Below the pieces are notes generated by a model that ran no database searches, had not been told where the DNA came from, and was given only the letters and a program-made list of their open reading frames with translations. This document shows positions 1-18,500 of a stretch of 64,000 nt of DNA, in pieces (the stretch's first letter is position 1; each line of letters opens with the position of its first letter). Where the stretch lies: assembly GCA_051362555.1 (NCBI GenBank), contig CM120646.1, forward strand, positions 13,578,001 to 13,642,000, written 5' to 3'. Source of the stretch: Lingula anatina. Taxonomy: Eukaryota; Animalia; Brachiopoda. Position numbers and translations under genes: made by a program.

Positions 1-990
1 GTTTTTTCCGTTTGAATTACCAGGTGATTATAGATGTGTAGGGAACTTTAATTACTAACACTGGGCGTTGGGGAAGTGATTAAGTCATAGGAAATGGCAG
101 CCATTATTTTATGATGGGCTAATTCTCCCGCTGGAATAGGTACCTGCATGGCAATGTGTGATCTGCATGCAAATACAAGACACACGAGCTCTTGGTTGAC
201 CTGGTTTTATATGCTGCCATGATTATAAAATAAACCAAACAGGTCATTCAGGTCCTTATGTCTGGAAGTCATATAGTCATAAACAAGACGAGGTATAGGC
301 TGAAAAAAGGTGCAATTTTTTTTTAAGAAGAAATAAATAAGTTACCTTAGCTTATTCCTTATTAATAACAATTTAGTTTGATTTCTCTATATGGGTTTAT
401 TATTTTGTGAAGTTTTGTTAGTGATATAACAAATAACAAACCAAAAATGGACTGAAACAAGAGTTGCCTTTTTCTTGTAGTCTCATGCACCCCCCCCCCC
501 CAAAAAAAAAAAAACAAAAAAAAAAAAAAGAACAAAAAAAAAGAAAAAAAGAAATTATAACAATTTAGTGTAATCCTATGGTTTAGAATACATGCAAGAA
601 TTATGTTTACCGAAAAAACAGGAATTGAATTCGCAGATTTTCTATACTCTGAGTTTTAGATTAGTTGCTCAGTTAATGCAAAGACTTAGGTTGTAAATTA
701 CATGAATTAGAAAGGTTAGTGTAATCCTGGCCTGAATAATAATAATAATAAAAAAACAAGAGTTCACAGGCTATGGAAAAATACAAGAGTAGTTATAAAG
801 TTGCTAGACCTGGCTGAAAGGAGATATTATTTATCAGTTAACTCAGGAATTTTCTCCAAATATGTGGTTTCTGCAGTAGATACAGCTCAGACAGGTGTGG
901 TGGAATTACTCATTCTCCAACCCGACTTACTGCAATATTTTACCTACTCTCTTTCACAGGCTCTGGAATATATCATTGCATTGTTACCTA

Positions 991-1891
991 GGACTGGGTT
1001 CCCACGTCTAGATCAATCTAATAGGATCGATCCATCTCCGAGGGGTTTCTCCCAAAATTGCTTTCAGCTTAAAGCAATAATAACTCTTCCTTTGAGATTC
1101 AAAAATCCGCAAGAAATACATTGTAAACAACGCATGGAAATATATTCTATTGCATTTTACCACTAAAACGGCCATTATTGTAGTAAAACTAAAATCTGTC
1201 CTTGTCAGAAGGGCTTTCGATGCCTTTCTTCCCAGTCATCAAGGCATTCGTTGCCAATGACGTTTGGGTGTCACGCGGATTCTCGCGTTCATTCGAGACC
1301 AAAATAACACATGGCACCAAACGCTAGTGCAGTTTGCAGACGTAAGTTGCGAGTTGTTGTATAGTGCGTCGGATAACGAACAGCCCAGAATGGCACACAT
1401 TGTGGATATAAATGCATTTTTAACAAAAAGACGAATATATATCATGAATCTTATATTATTGTTATATAGTGTTGTTGTTGTCTGCTTTTCCCGCGGTTTT
1501 AAGTAGGTCACCAGTGACTATGCAATGTCAGAGAGAGCTCCGTCAGTTAAAATCTCTTAAGAGATTTTAACAAAAAACCGTACGTTAAGGAAAAAAACCC
1601 TGGATTAACTTTGAATGCAGGAATGGGGTCGTTGACCAGTGGTATGTACGGGACAATTGCCGTTTTTTCCAGGAAATCCAATTTTTGGCCAAAACGAAGA
1701 GTTATTATGACTTTAAGCAGCTTAGATGTCTAGCATGTCTACTGAAGCTGCTAAACGATAATTAATCACTGCCTAGCAGCTTCAGTAGGCGGGACAGACA
1801 TCCAAGCCGCTTAAGTTGATTGCAATTTAGCAAGAATTCCCTTGTAGGTAGATCGAACCACGGTTAGTACGATAGGGTCTGGGAATGGCCC
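991..1891. mobile_element. Palindromic (foldback) MITE, PIF/Harbinger-like, interrupted by a nested TTAA element
   Basis: Termini GGACTGGGTTCCCA (991) and TGGGAATGGCCC (1891), flanked by CTA/CTA. Removing 1069-1712 leaves near-perfect arm symmetry (AAATTGCTTTCAGCTTAAGCAGCTTAGATGTCT vs AGACATCCAAGCCGCTTAAGTTGATTGCAATTT). The left arm matches the reverse complement of ~53085-53145. Confidence 0.7.
1069..1716. mobile_element. Non-autonomous DNA transposon with TTAA target duplication (Kolobok-like MITE)
   Basis: TTAA at 1069-1072 and 1713-1716. TIRs AGCAATAATAACTCTTC / GAAGAGTTATTATGACT (15/17 match). Both ends are homologous to a second copy at 36846-37190. A TTAA TSD with purine-purine (AG) termini fits Kolobok better than piggyBac (CCC termini). 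Confidence 0.7.
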
Positions 1892-3460
1892 CTAGGTCAA
1901 AGGCATGCTAACATGCTATAATTCCTCCTAATTACCAGATCTCATGCACCTCTTTTTACTGCTCCGATATAGTCCTACTTGGCCGGATAGGTGTAACCTT
2001 CTCATTGTGAGGCATATATTTTATTTCTCACCTTTCACATTTAACCAGTCTAGATTACTGTACCTGACTAAATTGCTAGGCTGATTGTGGTCAATGCTTG
2101 TAATTGCCGGACATCAGACACTGCGCTCTTTAAACAGTCTACAAATGGCATATAAAAAGGTGCAACCTATTAATAAGTTGTTTTCAGACAAATATATACC
2201 ACGTTGAGGACCAGTGTTGGGGATAGTTGAGACATTTAGTGCTTAGGTGAAGCATGGCTACATTTATGTCTATGTAATTATTCAAATGGACCCTGTAGTA
2301 GGGTAAGGTACATGTATACATGACAGGTAAAGGTTTTCACACCCTTCCGGCCTGAAATTATACCTATGACAAGCTGGGCATTGGTTTCTTTTCAAGAAAA
2401 AAAAATGAAAATGAAAAAAAGTGAACGATAAAAATGAAAAAAAGTGAAAAGCAAAGTAAGTGGGAAAAAATTCACTGCAGATGAAATGGACCAGACCTAG
2501 ACAAAAAGCCAAATTAAAACTTGATGTGAGCAAATTACTAGTATGCACTCTGCAGTCTGCAGTAAAATTCTCCAAAGGCTAGTTTAGATGTAAAGCAGAC
2601 CAAACGAGATCTCAAAGACATATAACAGGTAAACCTGTTGAGGTGTGGTGGAGGCTACCTGCAGTCTGTCTCTGACTCATTTGTATCGCATTAATTAAGG
2701 TGCAGAAGAACCGCTTCACTAGTAGGTGAGGTAAGTTGTATTAACAGTTAAGGGAATATTTAGCAAGATTTCCATGATGAAACATGTCTGCTTGTAATAC
2801 AATTACATGGTTAGTGGTATAGTTGGGGCCAAGAAAGTTGAGCCTCAAATTCACACAAATATTTCTTTTGAAAGTTTGAGAAACTCGTCTCAGGATCTCG
2901 TAATTTGAGAGAAAGAAAACTAGAGTCAGCAGATGCCAGAAAGTTGGGCAGATGTACTTTTTTACAGAATGGAGGGAGACTGTGTCTGGCAGGTGAAATG
3001 TTAGATCATTGCACTAGCTGTAGCTGTACTTAATAATGTATAGCAAGAAACCGCATAATAGTGTCAGCTCCTCGGGCAAAAATGAATATTCAGTCTCATT
3101 TCAACAGCATAAATTAGACCTGATTGCCTAAACATGTTTTCTCCCCCATCATTTTGAATGAGTTTTATTATATCATTTAAAAATAGCCTTGCATCAAGCT
3201 GTGTTTGTGATAAACAACTAGGTCATTGAAACAGGTGGAGTATTATTTTTTTTACTGGGTGGCAGGGATCTTTTTTTTTTAATTTCTATAAATAAAAGCA
3301 ACCATGAACAGGTCTTTTCCCATTCCACATGGTCTGAGAAATGGTTTCCCTTTTATATTCAATAAAATGTCATTTATTAATGAAAGAATTATTTATTTAT
3401 CTATTTTATTTTCTTTATTTAAAAAAATGGTATTGTTTCCCCACAGACTAAACCAACAAT

Positions 3461-8048
<4,588 letters not shown>

Positions 8049-9674
8049 ATGTGCCATGTTTTTTTTTTAATCATTCACAGCTGAAGTGCTTCCATGTTTA
8101 TTGTTGCAGCTTGATGACATTATTATGTAACATTTACATATATTTTAACTCTGTACATCAGACAGTAGGCTTTATGTGGTTGATATTTGTCTAGGGATAG
8201 TAACTTTTTGATGATAAGATTTGTGCTGTTAAATTGCTTATACACTGTTACATGTAATAATACATGGGTCCTGTATTCCCATTAACTTGAATTATCCATA
8301 ACTTTGGGTTATGATGAAAGTCCAGAAGTACTGGATGGTAAATATTTTATAAAGTTGTAAACACAAACATTTCCGACAGTGATTGACCATCTAAATTATA
8401 TTTCTTGAAATGTAAAGGTCATATTCTTATGGCATACACGGAGGCCATAAGTCTAAGATCCTTGTTAGACGATTTTCTGCAAATAAGAAAAAATTTCTCA
8501 AATTGTTGTAAAGACTTAATGGTTGTGGTTTTACAGTATTAAAGATAAAAAACAACAAATTATTAAATAATTATAAGATTGCACTCTTAAATTAAAATCC
8601 TTAAATTTAAGCCATTCATGAATAACATATTGTGAACTTACATGTCATTGACATGATAATACGACTTCCTGAAGTAAAGGCGCAGATAACATTTAGAAAA
8701 AGGTGCCTGCTGGGATAGGTATATATTGTTTAACAGTCAGTTCTTAAAATTCCCACAAATAATTAAAAGCATCATTTTATCAAGTGGGATGGACATAACT
8801 GGTACCATAACATCTTACGTAATTACTATTCATTCTTTGCATGCTTAAGACATTTTCTTTGTTATATTTATATTACACATTTACCAAAGACAACATATTG
8901 AATTTTATGTTTCAAAATGTGAAACTTTTTTTTTCTGTTTTGTGCCATATGATATTGTTTCTGTGAAACAACAACAAAAAATCAATTTTTTTAACCTCTA
9001 AATTGACAAATGTTGCTTGACTGAAAATGTTAAATGTTTCCTATATAATGCAGGAATTTTGCACCAAATGTATTTTTCCTTGAGAAAAGCAAAATTTATG
9101 TTCTCACAAACCATTGTACATGAAAATATTTTAAACATAGGTACAAGGTACCTTTAAAACACGAGTTTTGCTAGTTACAAGTTTGTCTTTTGAGTATATT
9201 GATCATGTTTTTTTTTTTTTTGTTTTGTTTTATTGTTACTATCTGTTTTTACTATATTCTTTAGAATAAATGTAATTTTTGCCTTTGGCAATTGTCTCTC
9301 ATGGCTTAAATTTTGAATGTTAGGGAAAGCATTTTAAAATAGCAAAAAAAAAAATATGTCAATTTTTTTTATTTTGCACTAACAATATTCAAACATTAAT
9401 TTATTTTTGTGCTTAAAAAAATTGATAATCATGAAAACTATTAAAATAATGTAAAGACACTTGATTCAAAGATGATTGCATAATAGTTCTACACCTATTG
9501 CCCATCTAGGCAGTTTTTGTCAGTGCCTTCAAAATCTGAACCTTGTAAAATACTAGCAAATTAAATGCTTAAAAAAATAAGTGTGAATCTGCATTGAATC
9601 AATTAATGTTCACAATTTCACAAGAGACCTGAAAACCATCCTCAATTTAACAAAAGTCGAAACAGCTGAGGAAA

Positions 9675-12600
9675 TCAGACGATGGACTTTGCTGCTGCCA
9701 CCATGTTGCTCAGCTTCTGACGTAAAATATTTCGAGGCAAGAAGGCCAGACCACAATCTGGGGCCAGAATGATGCGTTCCTTAGGTATGTGCTTCAATGC
9801 CTCCATGACACGCGATTTAATCTCCTCCACAGTCTCCACTTGACTTTTGGCAATGGCGACAACACCGAAGATTACTTTGGTCTTTTTGAATTTCTCCAGT
9901 AGAGCTAGATTGTTGTGACAATGAGCATCTTCAATAGAAACTGAAACAAGAGTGGCATTCTTTTATACGTGTGAATTTTAAAAATTTACATTCAAGTGAG
10001 AAATAACCAAACACAACCATTTCTGGAAGAACTGGTCGATGTACAAAACTAACTGAAAGCAAAAGTGATGTCATTGTCACATTTTAAATGGATATGTCGT
10101 TAGCAGGCAAACAGAAAATGATATATTAGTGCTTCAATTTTTCCTGATCATTCAATTTCATATTACTTTGAAGTTTTGGTTATTTTATTCACTTCTGTAC
10201 ACTATGTAGGTATGTATATATTTGTATGCACGGCAGTTAATGAAAGGTTTATTTCATTTACCAAATAAATGATACCATTGTAGTCAATGTATAAAACTTT
10301 AATAAATGAGGGTGCTAAAATACAAATATTTAGAACTGCATGAAGGCCAGCCTGATTCATATTGGCATTCACAATTCAATATAACTTACCTGCATCAAAT
10401 TGTGCATTATCGAGTTTCTCGGCTAAGTCCATGTATACAGAGGGATCTGCTTTCAAGTAATCCGTCTGATCCTAAAATTAAAATAATGAAATTTCGACTG
10501 CATAATATATCATGACCTTTTGTTACATAAAAAGAGAATCACTGTATACAATTTATCCTTATCTATAAAAGAACAATATTCAAACATATTTTTACCTAAA
10601 AATGTATCAACCTTTGGGTAACTTGCCCTTGTCACCATAAGAAAAATACTAGCTGGTATCACATTAATTTGTCTAGATCAAAATAAGCTAGTCCTCACAT
10701 GAAATCAATAGAAGAAAAAGAGCTTAAATTTCCAGTAGTTTAATGTAATTTGTAACTTAAATTTAATATACTAGTACATAAATATGCCAAATCTGTTTGT
10801 CTAATTAATGCCCTGGCATATTTACCAGACAGTTGGGATATCCACAGCATAAATGTACTATCTTCTCAACCTCTGGACCAACACCCTATAGGAGAAAAAA
10901 AAAAAAAAACACACACACACAAAAATCATAAATATAAAGCAGCAAACTAAATATGAAATTTTTAAAAATTTTAGATGAAATTTGCTATCTGTCTACAGTT
11001 TTCATCAACATCATTACCTCAAAACATCTGGCCAGGTGATCAATCCCATAATCCATTGCAATTTCTGGGTTTCGCACCATAACTGGTTCATCAATCTGTA
11101 TATATTTGCAACCAGCAGCTGCTAGGGCAAGCACCTCTCGATTCACAAGTTTTACGAGAACCTCGCTCAGTTCTTTATCATGCTGGTAGAACTTATCTTT
11201 AAAAAAAGAAAGATACTGATACATAATTTCTAGACATTATATAGGTTCTACCAACTGGAAGATGCAATATATCAATAAAACTAAACTGGTAGTCGAGTAA
11301 CTAATTAAAAACTTAAAAATATATAAAATACAACTGGATGACTTATAGACAGTATTACATGAAGTATTTTATTAGAGCTCATCCCCATTGAAACTATCAG
11401 TCTACGTAGATTGATTCAACCCTGTAGGGACTCTCGCTGAGTGCAATCAATAAAACAGATTAACACAGCTTCTCTAGTTTGCAACATACTCGTATAATAA
11501 CCAGCTTTTCCGTATTTTACTCACCCCCAGGAGGAAGTGTTAATTTGTTAAACTGATTGCATTCAGCGAGAGTCACAGGGAATTTGGATAGATCTAGATC
11601 TACATAGAACAATAGGCTACATGGGAATGAGCCCTTACATACTTGCTGTGCTTCCTATGATAGTCATAGGTCCAGGCATAGTATACTTGACTGGAGTCTT
11701 GGTCATTGCTTGGCTCTCTTGCCACTCTGATGCACACCAGGGGTCAGCACTGGCTCGTTCTAGAGGACCAATCACTGTAGGTACTTGGCCAGAACAGGCA
11801 CCATTGCGATATGTCTTGAAGGTGAGTTCCTCAAAGCTGAAATTCTTCAAATGGCGACTAAAAAATAAAACAGAAAGTGGAAGGTTATAATTGCTCTAAG
11901 GTAATCTATTCCATCTAATGATTTTAAGTCTATTCCATCTGTGATTTTAAATCAATGTTCCAAAGATTATGAATCTAAGTGAGCTGATTATATAGAAATA
12001 ATCAGTTTGAAATACTGTTCACAAACTTCCAGATAATGTTGACGCAAGACGTCAGGGAAAGACAGATGTAATAATTCCTCAGATCACAGGCATTTTGAAT
12101 CTGTAAATTTTTGTTTTAGCTTCATGAAACATACTGAACATATATATAGAACTATTTACAATGAATTCTCATTTTATGGTATTTCAATCCAATGTGTGTG
12201 TGTAGATAAATATAAGCCTTACCCAAAAGGAAAATGTTGGAACTATATTAATAAAGACAAGTTTATAGGCGAGGGGGGGGGGTAAAATAAATGCCCTTTC
12301 AGCAACGAAAATTAATTGAAAATATGCTACCAATTAATGTGACAATTTATGGTCAAAAGATATGATTTGACTACAGAGAAATACCCCTTCTCCCATATTA
12401 TATTATTGGCTACAGGCCTGAAAAAAAAAATGGCATTACAGCTGCCATTACCAGAATGGATAGATGTAGTTCTCTCTCCTTATTTCACCATCAGTAATAA
12501 CATCAATGCCCAAGGCTGTCTGCTCTTCCATACACTCTGCAAGGGCCTTCTCCACCACTGATTCTGAAAAGTTCCACTCTTAGTCTTATAAAAATGTTTA

Positions 12601-13392
12601 TCAATATTACAGTTACATTGTCATCCATATAAAAATACATGTTTACTTACATGCATTTTACACACACACGCACACATGCACGCACATACACATGCACACA
12701 CCTATTCTTTCATTCAAATTTACAATTTCAATGTAATACTACCTTCAGCCCTAACTTTACGTCGGACATACTCATCATATTGGTCACTGGAGTAGCCAGT
12801 GTGACTTGACCGGAACCAGTCAGGTATCTTAAGGTAATCTGGCTTTGGATAGCTACCAATCACTGTGGTAAGAAGACCTGGGAATTAATAGTAAAGATCA
12901 TCAGCATAAGGTGGAAAACTGACCTTTTTCAAACTCTTTTCTGATGAAAAACTTTGAGCTTTATCAAGGTATGAATTAATTCCTTGCATGGTTTGTAGAA
13001 AAAGAAAACATTTTTTGAAAAATGACCGATTACTACTACTTAATTATCATCAATACATTAGACAGAGAAATAACCTTTTACCTCCCTCATATGATTTTTT
13101 TAGCAACTAAGTAAATTTTTATGCAAAGCATAGGATTCTAAGATTTGAATTATGAATATATGTGTATATGTTTGTATCCTTTAATAAATATTCTGTAATG
13201 AAAAGAAACTTGACTAAATTTCTATTTAGTTAATTAATTTCAATCACTGCTGACAAAAAACTTGTAAAATAGTTACTGTGACTACCGATGCTATGGCTAA
13301 CTGCCACTGGAATTGCTACTTATACTGCATAGCAACCACCAAATACTACAACTACTAAGTAACAGAAAGACACTACCTTGTGTTCCCGCCAT
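9675..13392 (-). CDS. Cobalamin-independent methionine synthase-like protein (single catalytic barrel, MetE C-terminal/'core' type), copy A, 354 aa
   Basis: Minus-strand exons 13392-13377, 12877-12743, 12563-12452, 11857-11643, 11196-11018, 10885-10826, 10471-10390, 9940-9675 (1065 nt, GT-AG, in frame). Motifs TTVIGSYPKP, GIDVITDGEIRRENY, KYTMPGPMTI, GCKYIQIDEP; Zn ligands HLCCGYP, SIEDAH and APDCGL. The 16-nt first coding exon is the least certain part. Confidence 0.9.
11375..11634. mobile_element. Palindromic MITE with TTA TSD (PIF/Harbinger-like) in intron 4 of MetE-like copy A
   Basis: TTA at 11372-11374 and 11635-11637. TIRs GAGCTCATCCCCA / TGGGAATGAGCCC. Inner inverted arms GACTCTCGCTGAGTGCAATCA / TGATTGCATTCAGCGAGAGTC. 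Similar to 25302-25550. Confidence 0.75.
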
Positions 13393-15278
13393 CTCTGGTT
13401 TATCAGCCTGGTAGGAATAAAGTAAAATTCAGCTTCTCTTATTTCCACTGACCAGCAGTTCAGTTCAGTTGTTTGGTCCAGTTACTTTGGGTTATACTGT
13501 CACAATGCAAACAACCCAAGTTTTAACAAGTTATAGACAGTACTTTGGCTGAACTCATGCATGTCCACATATATGCACCCATATAACCATATAGACTGAA
13601 TACACTGAAAAGACATATCAATCACACCAGCTCTCCACAAGAGATAAGCACTGCTATATTTGACCATGTAAAACCCGAAAACATGTATGTCGATATACTT
13701 TCAACAAACACTGCAACATGGATGGTGCCAACCATTTTATAAATTCTTTCAAGTATTATATGAGCTTAAATGTTGTCAGAGGTTTAATCAGAATTATTAC
13801 TAAATGAACAAATGACTATATCTACATACTTACCTATTAGCAAACTGGAGGTCAACTGAACTTGACTCAAAATCCCTTAAAGCATCAACCAGCCATATTA
13901 CATCATAGTAGACAAATACACTGATAACACACAGTGCAGCATGTTTAAATCATCTATGCCAAAACTATATATCTCCACTCTTAATGAGGAACTAAGTGTG
14001 CAGAATCAAATATTTGGATACAGATTCCGTAAATAAAAACGAGAATTAGCTAGTGCCCTGATTAAAATTACTACAAAAAGAAAAAAGTCCACCTTAGTAA
14101 CCACAAACAGAAATTATCAATTCAGTTTGGCTACTACAAATAACCCGAGAGATGCAACTCTCCAAGCCCTTTTATTAAATATCATGTTGAGCATACCTGG
14201 CATAGATTGAAGGTATATACCTGAAGTGCCAAGCTCCAGTAAGGCCATGCAGATAAAACTGATAAGCTGGTCATGATCCAGTGCGGCCAAACCAACACTG
14301 TGTAACCACAAGAAAGAATTGAGTGTACAATTTCAAAACCGGGGCTAAAGTTCAGACTTGGGGTGGCAAAAATAGGTCATCTATGCACAAGCAAAAAAAA
14401 TGTGCTGAAGATAGGAATGCTTCGATCTGCTATACAATGTACCTATTGTTTAACAGTCACATGTATAGAAATTGACAATGTGCACAAAATGACCTGCCCG
14501 TCCCCGAAATTTTATCAGCTAGAGACCTAGTTAAGTTGACAAATTTATGCATTTTAATAATACAATATCATTACTATTTTTCCGTTTAATCCATACAAAA
14601 AGCATATGTACCAAAGCCGTGCAGCCATGGTATACACTAAACTCTGTGCAATGGATGGCATGAAATGTCAGGCCTTAAAGGTTTTCAGAATCAGGTGCAC
14701 ATGTGCAATAATTGCAGACTGATTTATGAGGGGTTGTGAAAAAATGTTTGAGCCTCTCAGAGGAAGATATTCAGATTTAGACTGCTTATACACTGTGTCT
14801 GTTCACAAAAATTGTCCTAGGTATGCAAGTTTAGTAATATTGAAACTGCTAAACGATAGTGACCACAACCATCAGGAGGCGTGCCAAGTAACAGGTTCAG
14901 CAGGCGTGCCAAACATCACAGCCACTTAAGCTGAATGTAATTTAGTGAGAGACCCCTCACAGATGGGTTAACCTAGGAGATCGACCTAGGTATGGGAAAA
15001 GGGTGTTAAGCTTCTAGAAATCAGTTGACAGTACTTCTTGAAGTAAGTCATTCTTATCCATGACTCCTCTTTTTATCTCAAATCCCCTGTACCGCATGAA
15101 CATAATGGTAATATCTACCACAGAGATTATCAGTGATGTGTAGTTACCAGGAAAAGTGAAATTTGAAATACCCATAATTAAATCAACAACAAAAAAATTA
15201 ACTTTACACCCAAATTCCATATTATTTTATTGTCATTATCAGTAATTCAAATACTTTTCAAAGTACAAAAAATATAAC

Positions 15279-15321
<43 letters not shown>
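15279..15321. repeat. (TAAA)n microsatellite
   Basis: About 10 tandem TAAA units. Confidence 0.9.
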
Positions 15322-15584
15322 GACATCTATTTGTCTGCAAAAATATCTTCTAGGAGAGCAAACCAAGAAAAAATTACTGGTATTGTGTTATTACCTCAAG
15401 TCCAGTCAAAAAATTTATTTTAAAAAATAATAAAATAAAAGAAAACAGATTTACCTAAACATTAAAGGCAGTGTGTAGCTGTTAGAGAGATTACTAGTTA
15501 TCTATGACTGCAGACCCAGGATTGAACCCAGGATTGTTCCTCGTTGACTGCCCATAATGTGACCAATATCTAACTTTAATCACA

Positions 15585-18500
15585 TCAAACTACCGACTTT
15601 GCTGCTGCCACCATGTTGCTTAGCTTTTGACGTAAAATATCTCGAGGTAAGAAGGCCAGACCACAATCTGGGGCCAGAATGAGGCGTTCCTTAGGTATGT
15701 GCTTCAATGCCTCCATGACACGCGATTTAATCTCCTCCACTGTCTCCACACGACTTTTAGCAATGGCGACAACACCGAAGATTACTTTGGTCTTTTTGAA
15801 TTTCTCAAGTAGGGTGAGATCATTATGTTGGTGAGCATCTTCAATAGAAACTAGAAATAAAAACACTATGAAAAATTTTGGGTAGAGGAAAACAAGGCAT
15901 GGAATAAGATGATACAGAATTTTTACCCTGAAAAATGTGACCATTTGGAACAAGACTGTCACTTTTCAATTATTTTCATTTACTTATGAAAAATTCTGGA
16001 TGATAATGCAAAAAGATAGGGGTTTCTTCATTCACTAGACACCAACATCCAATTACATAAGACATATTTGTTTTTTAACACTCACATGCATCGAGGCCAG
16101 AATTGTCTAGTTTCTCTGCTAAGTTCATGTAGATTGATCTATCTGCCTTCATGTAATCAGTCTGATCCTGAAACAAATACACTTTGTATGCTTACTGTTA
16201 CTGAAGGTGTATATTTAACCACAATACGGGAGGGGGGGGTGATAGTATTAAATTAAATCAAGATAGTATTAAATCAAGTATTTTTCCACAAAGTATGTGT
16301 GTTGGTGCTTTTTCTTTTCAATTTTACACATGTATAGTTTTCAACACACAGGTAGGTTTAAGTAATCATAATGTAATAAAATCAGTGGGGAAACTTACCA
16401 AATAGGCAGGATATCCACAGCATAAATGAACTGTCTTTTCTACCTCTGGACCAACACCCTGAATTCACAGACAAAAAATGTTTTCTACAATTTAAAAATA
16501 TCAAAACAAAGATTTAAAATGAAAACCTAAGAGAAACATATGCAGAAAAAGTAGTCTTTAAAATATAATAATACAGGTTACTTTTTTATTTAGAACTTAA
16601 CAACAAGGTAACGAAAGATGCATCCCTTCTGAAGACTTAAATTTTTTCTCAAGTTTATAAAAATTCACTGAGCAAAAAATTTCTGCTTGGAAAATGTTTT
16701 TTTAATGAGATTAAAACATAGCATTACCTCAAAACATCTGGTCAGGTGATCAATCCCATAATCCATTGCAATTTCTGGGCTTCGCACCATAACTGGTTCA
16801 TCAATCTGTATGTATTTGCAGCCAGCAGCAGCAAGTGCACGCACCTCTCTGTTCACAAGTTTCACAAGGGCCAAACTCCATTCCTTTTCAGTCTTGTAAT
16901 ACTTGTCTACAAACAAACTTAATAATGAGAAATAATTGTGGAAGTTCTGACACCTTTCATTATAAAGCATAATTCAAAATTGCCACCTATTCGATGTTAT
17001 AGGGCATTAACTAGACTCAAACGAAAAAGATCGAAACATTAAGATGATTCTGAATATGGACTATTGTTTATTTTGTGAATATCATCTGTGAATTTTCAAT
17101 CTTTATAAGTCAATTTATTTATTAATCTGTTACTTTATATTTTGTTGATAAATGTTAAAATGTTCATAAAGTAAGAGGCATAAAATAGCTCCTACTTGCA
17201 TTTCATAGTTTGGAAATCAGGAAACTCTCATTAAATAGCATTATGATAGGAATTTATCCATACTTGCTGTGCTTCCTATGATGGTCATAGGTCCAGGCAT
17301 AGTATACTTGACTGGAGTCTTGGTCATTGCTTGGCTCTCTTGCCACTCTTTTGCACACCAGGGGTCAGCACTGGCTGGCTCCAGAGGACCAATCACTGTG
17401 GGAACGTGATTCTTTGTGGCACCATTACGATACACCTTAAAAGTCAGCTCCGTAAAACTGAAGTTCTTCAAGGCACGGCTGTAAAATAGTTTTCCAATTT
17501 TTAAAACACACTGTGCTGTGCTATTAAACATGATGATGTGAATTATGTCATTGTTCACTTAAGGGAAATAGAAATTTGAAGTTTCAACATAAAGTCAGAT
17601 TTTTTTCCACAAAAGTCAAGTAAACACATGAAGTGATTTACTATTAAACATCCTGATGTGAGATGACCTCTAACTAACCAAAATGGATAAATATAGTTCT
17701 CTCTCCTTGTTTCCCCATCTGTAATGACATCAATCCCAAGAGAAGACTGTTCTTCCATGCATTCCTTCAAAGCCCTTTTCAAAGACTCTTCACATTCTGA
17801 AGTATATAATAAAGAAGCTCTACAAACATCATAATACATAAAAATAAAATTGTATTTTAGTCAAAACTATATTTAATTTTTCAACATTTGCTGTCCAGCA
17901 AAAAAATATAATTTGGTTCAGAATAAAAATAATACAAGTAAATGTCAATGGCAAGAGGAGGGAGCAAATAGCATCATGTAGACAGGAAAAAGAACAAATA
18001 TAACAGACAGAACTGGGGTTACATGTACTTTCCTACGACATAAGGATATTATAAACTTAAGAACCCACTATGTTTTAAGCCAAATGTACGCTGTACAATC
18101 ATATGGTTTACATTTTGAAATATAGGTGGCAGCACGGCCTCACCTTTAGCTTCCTCTGCACTGTACTGGTTATACATTCTGGCCGAATAGTTGGGAATTT
18201 TGGTCTTGAACCAGTCAGGAATCTTTAAATAGTCTGGCTTAGGATAACTGCCAACCACAGTTGTCTTAAGACCTTTACCTGGAATTAAGATTTTTAAAAA
18301 TTAGTTCACTGAATGTCTAAGTCACACCTACATGTAGCATACTTGATATAATAATATTAATCTTAGACGGAATAAAATCATTGAGATGCTTGGCTCAAAT
18401 AATACTATTTATCCAAGTGTGAGCTCAGAAGTTGTAACATCACTAAGTGCTTGGCAAGTTTTGTAACGGCTTTCAATGTGAAGTAAATACTACAGCAATT

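Noticed and set aside
1900-3446. Heat shock element array and exact first exon of Hsc70
   Set aside because: A TATA-like TATAAAA (~2151) and a donor GTAAGT (2731) exist, but no three-unit nGAAn array was found, so the 5' structure cannot be fixed.
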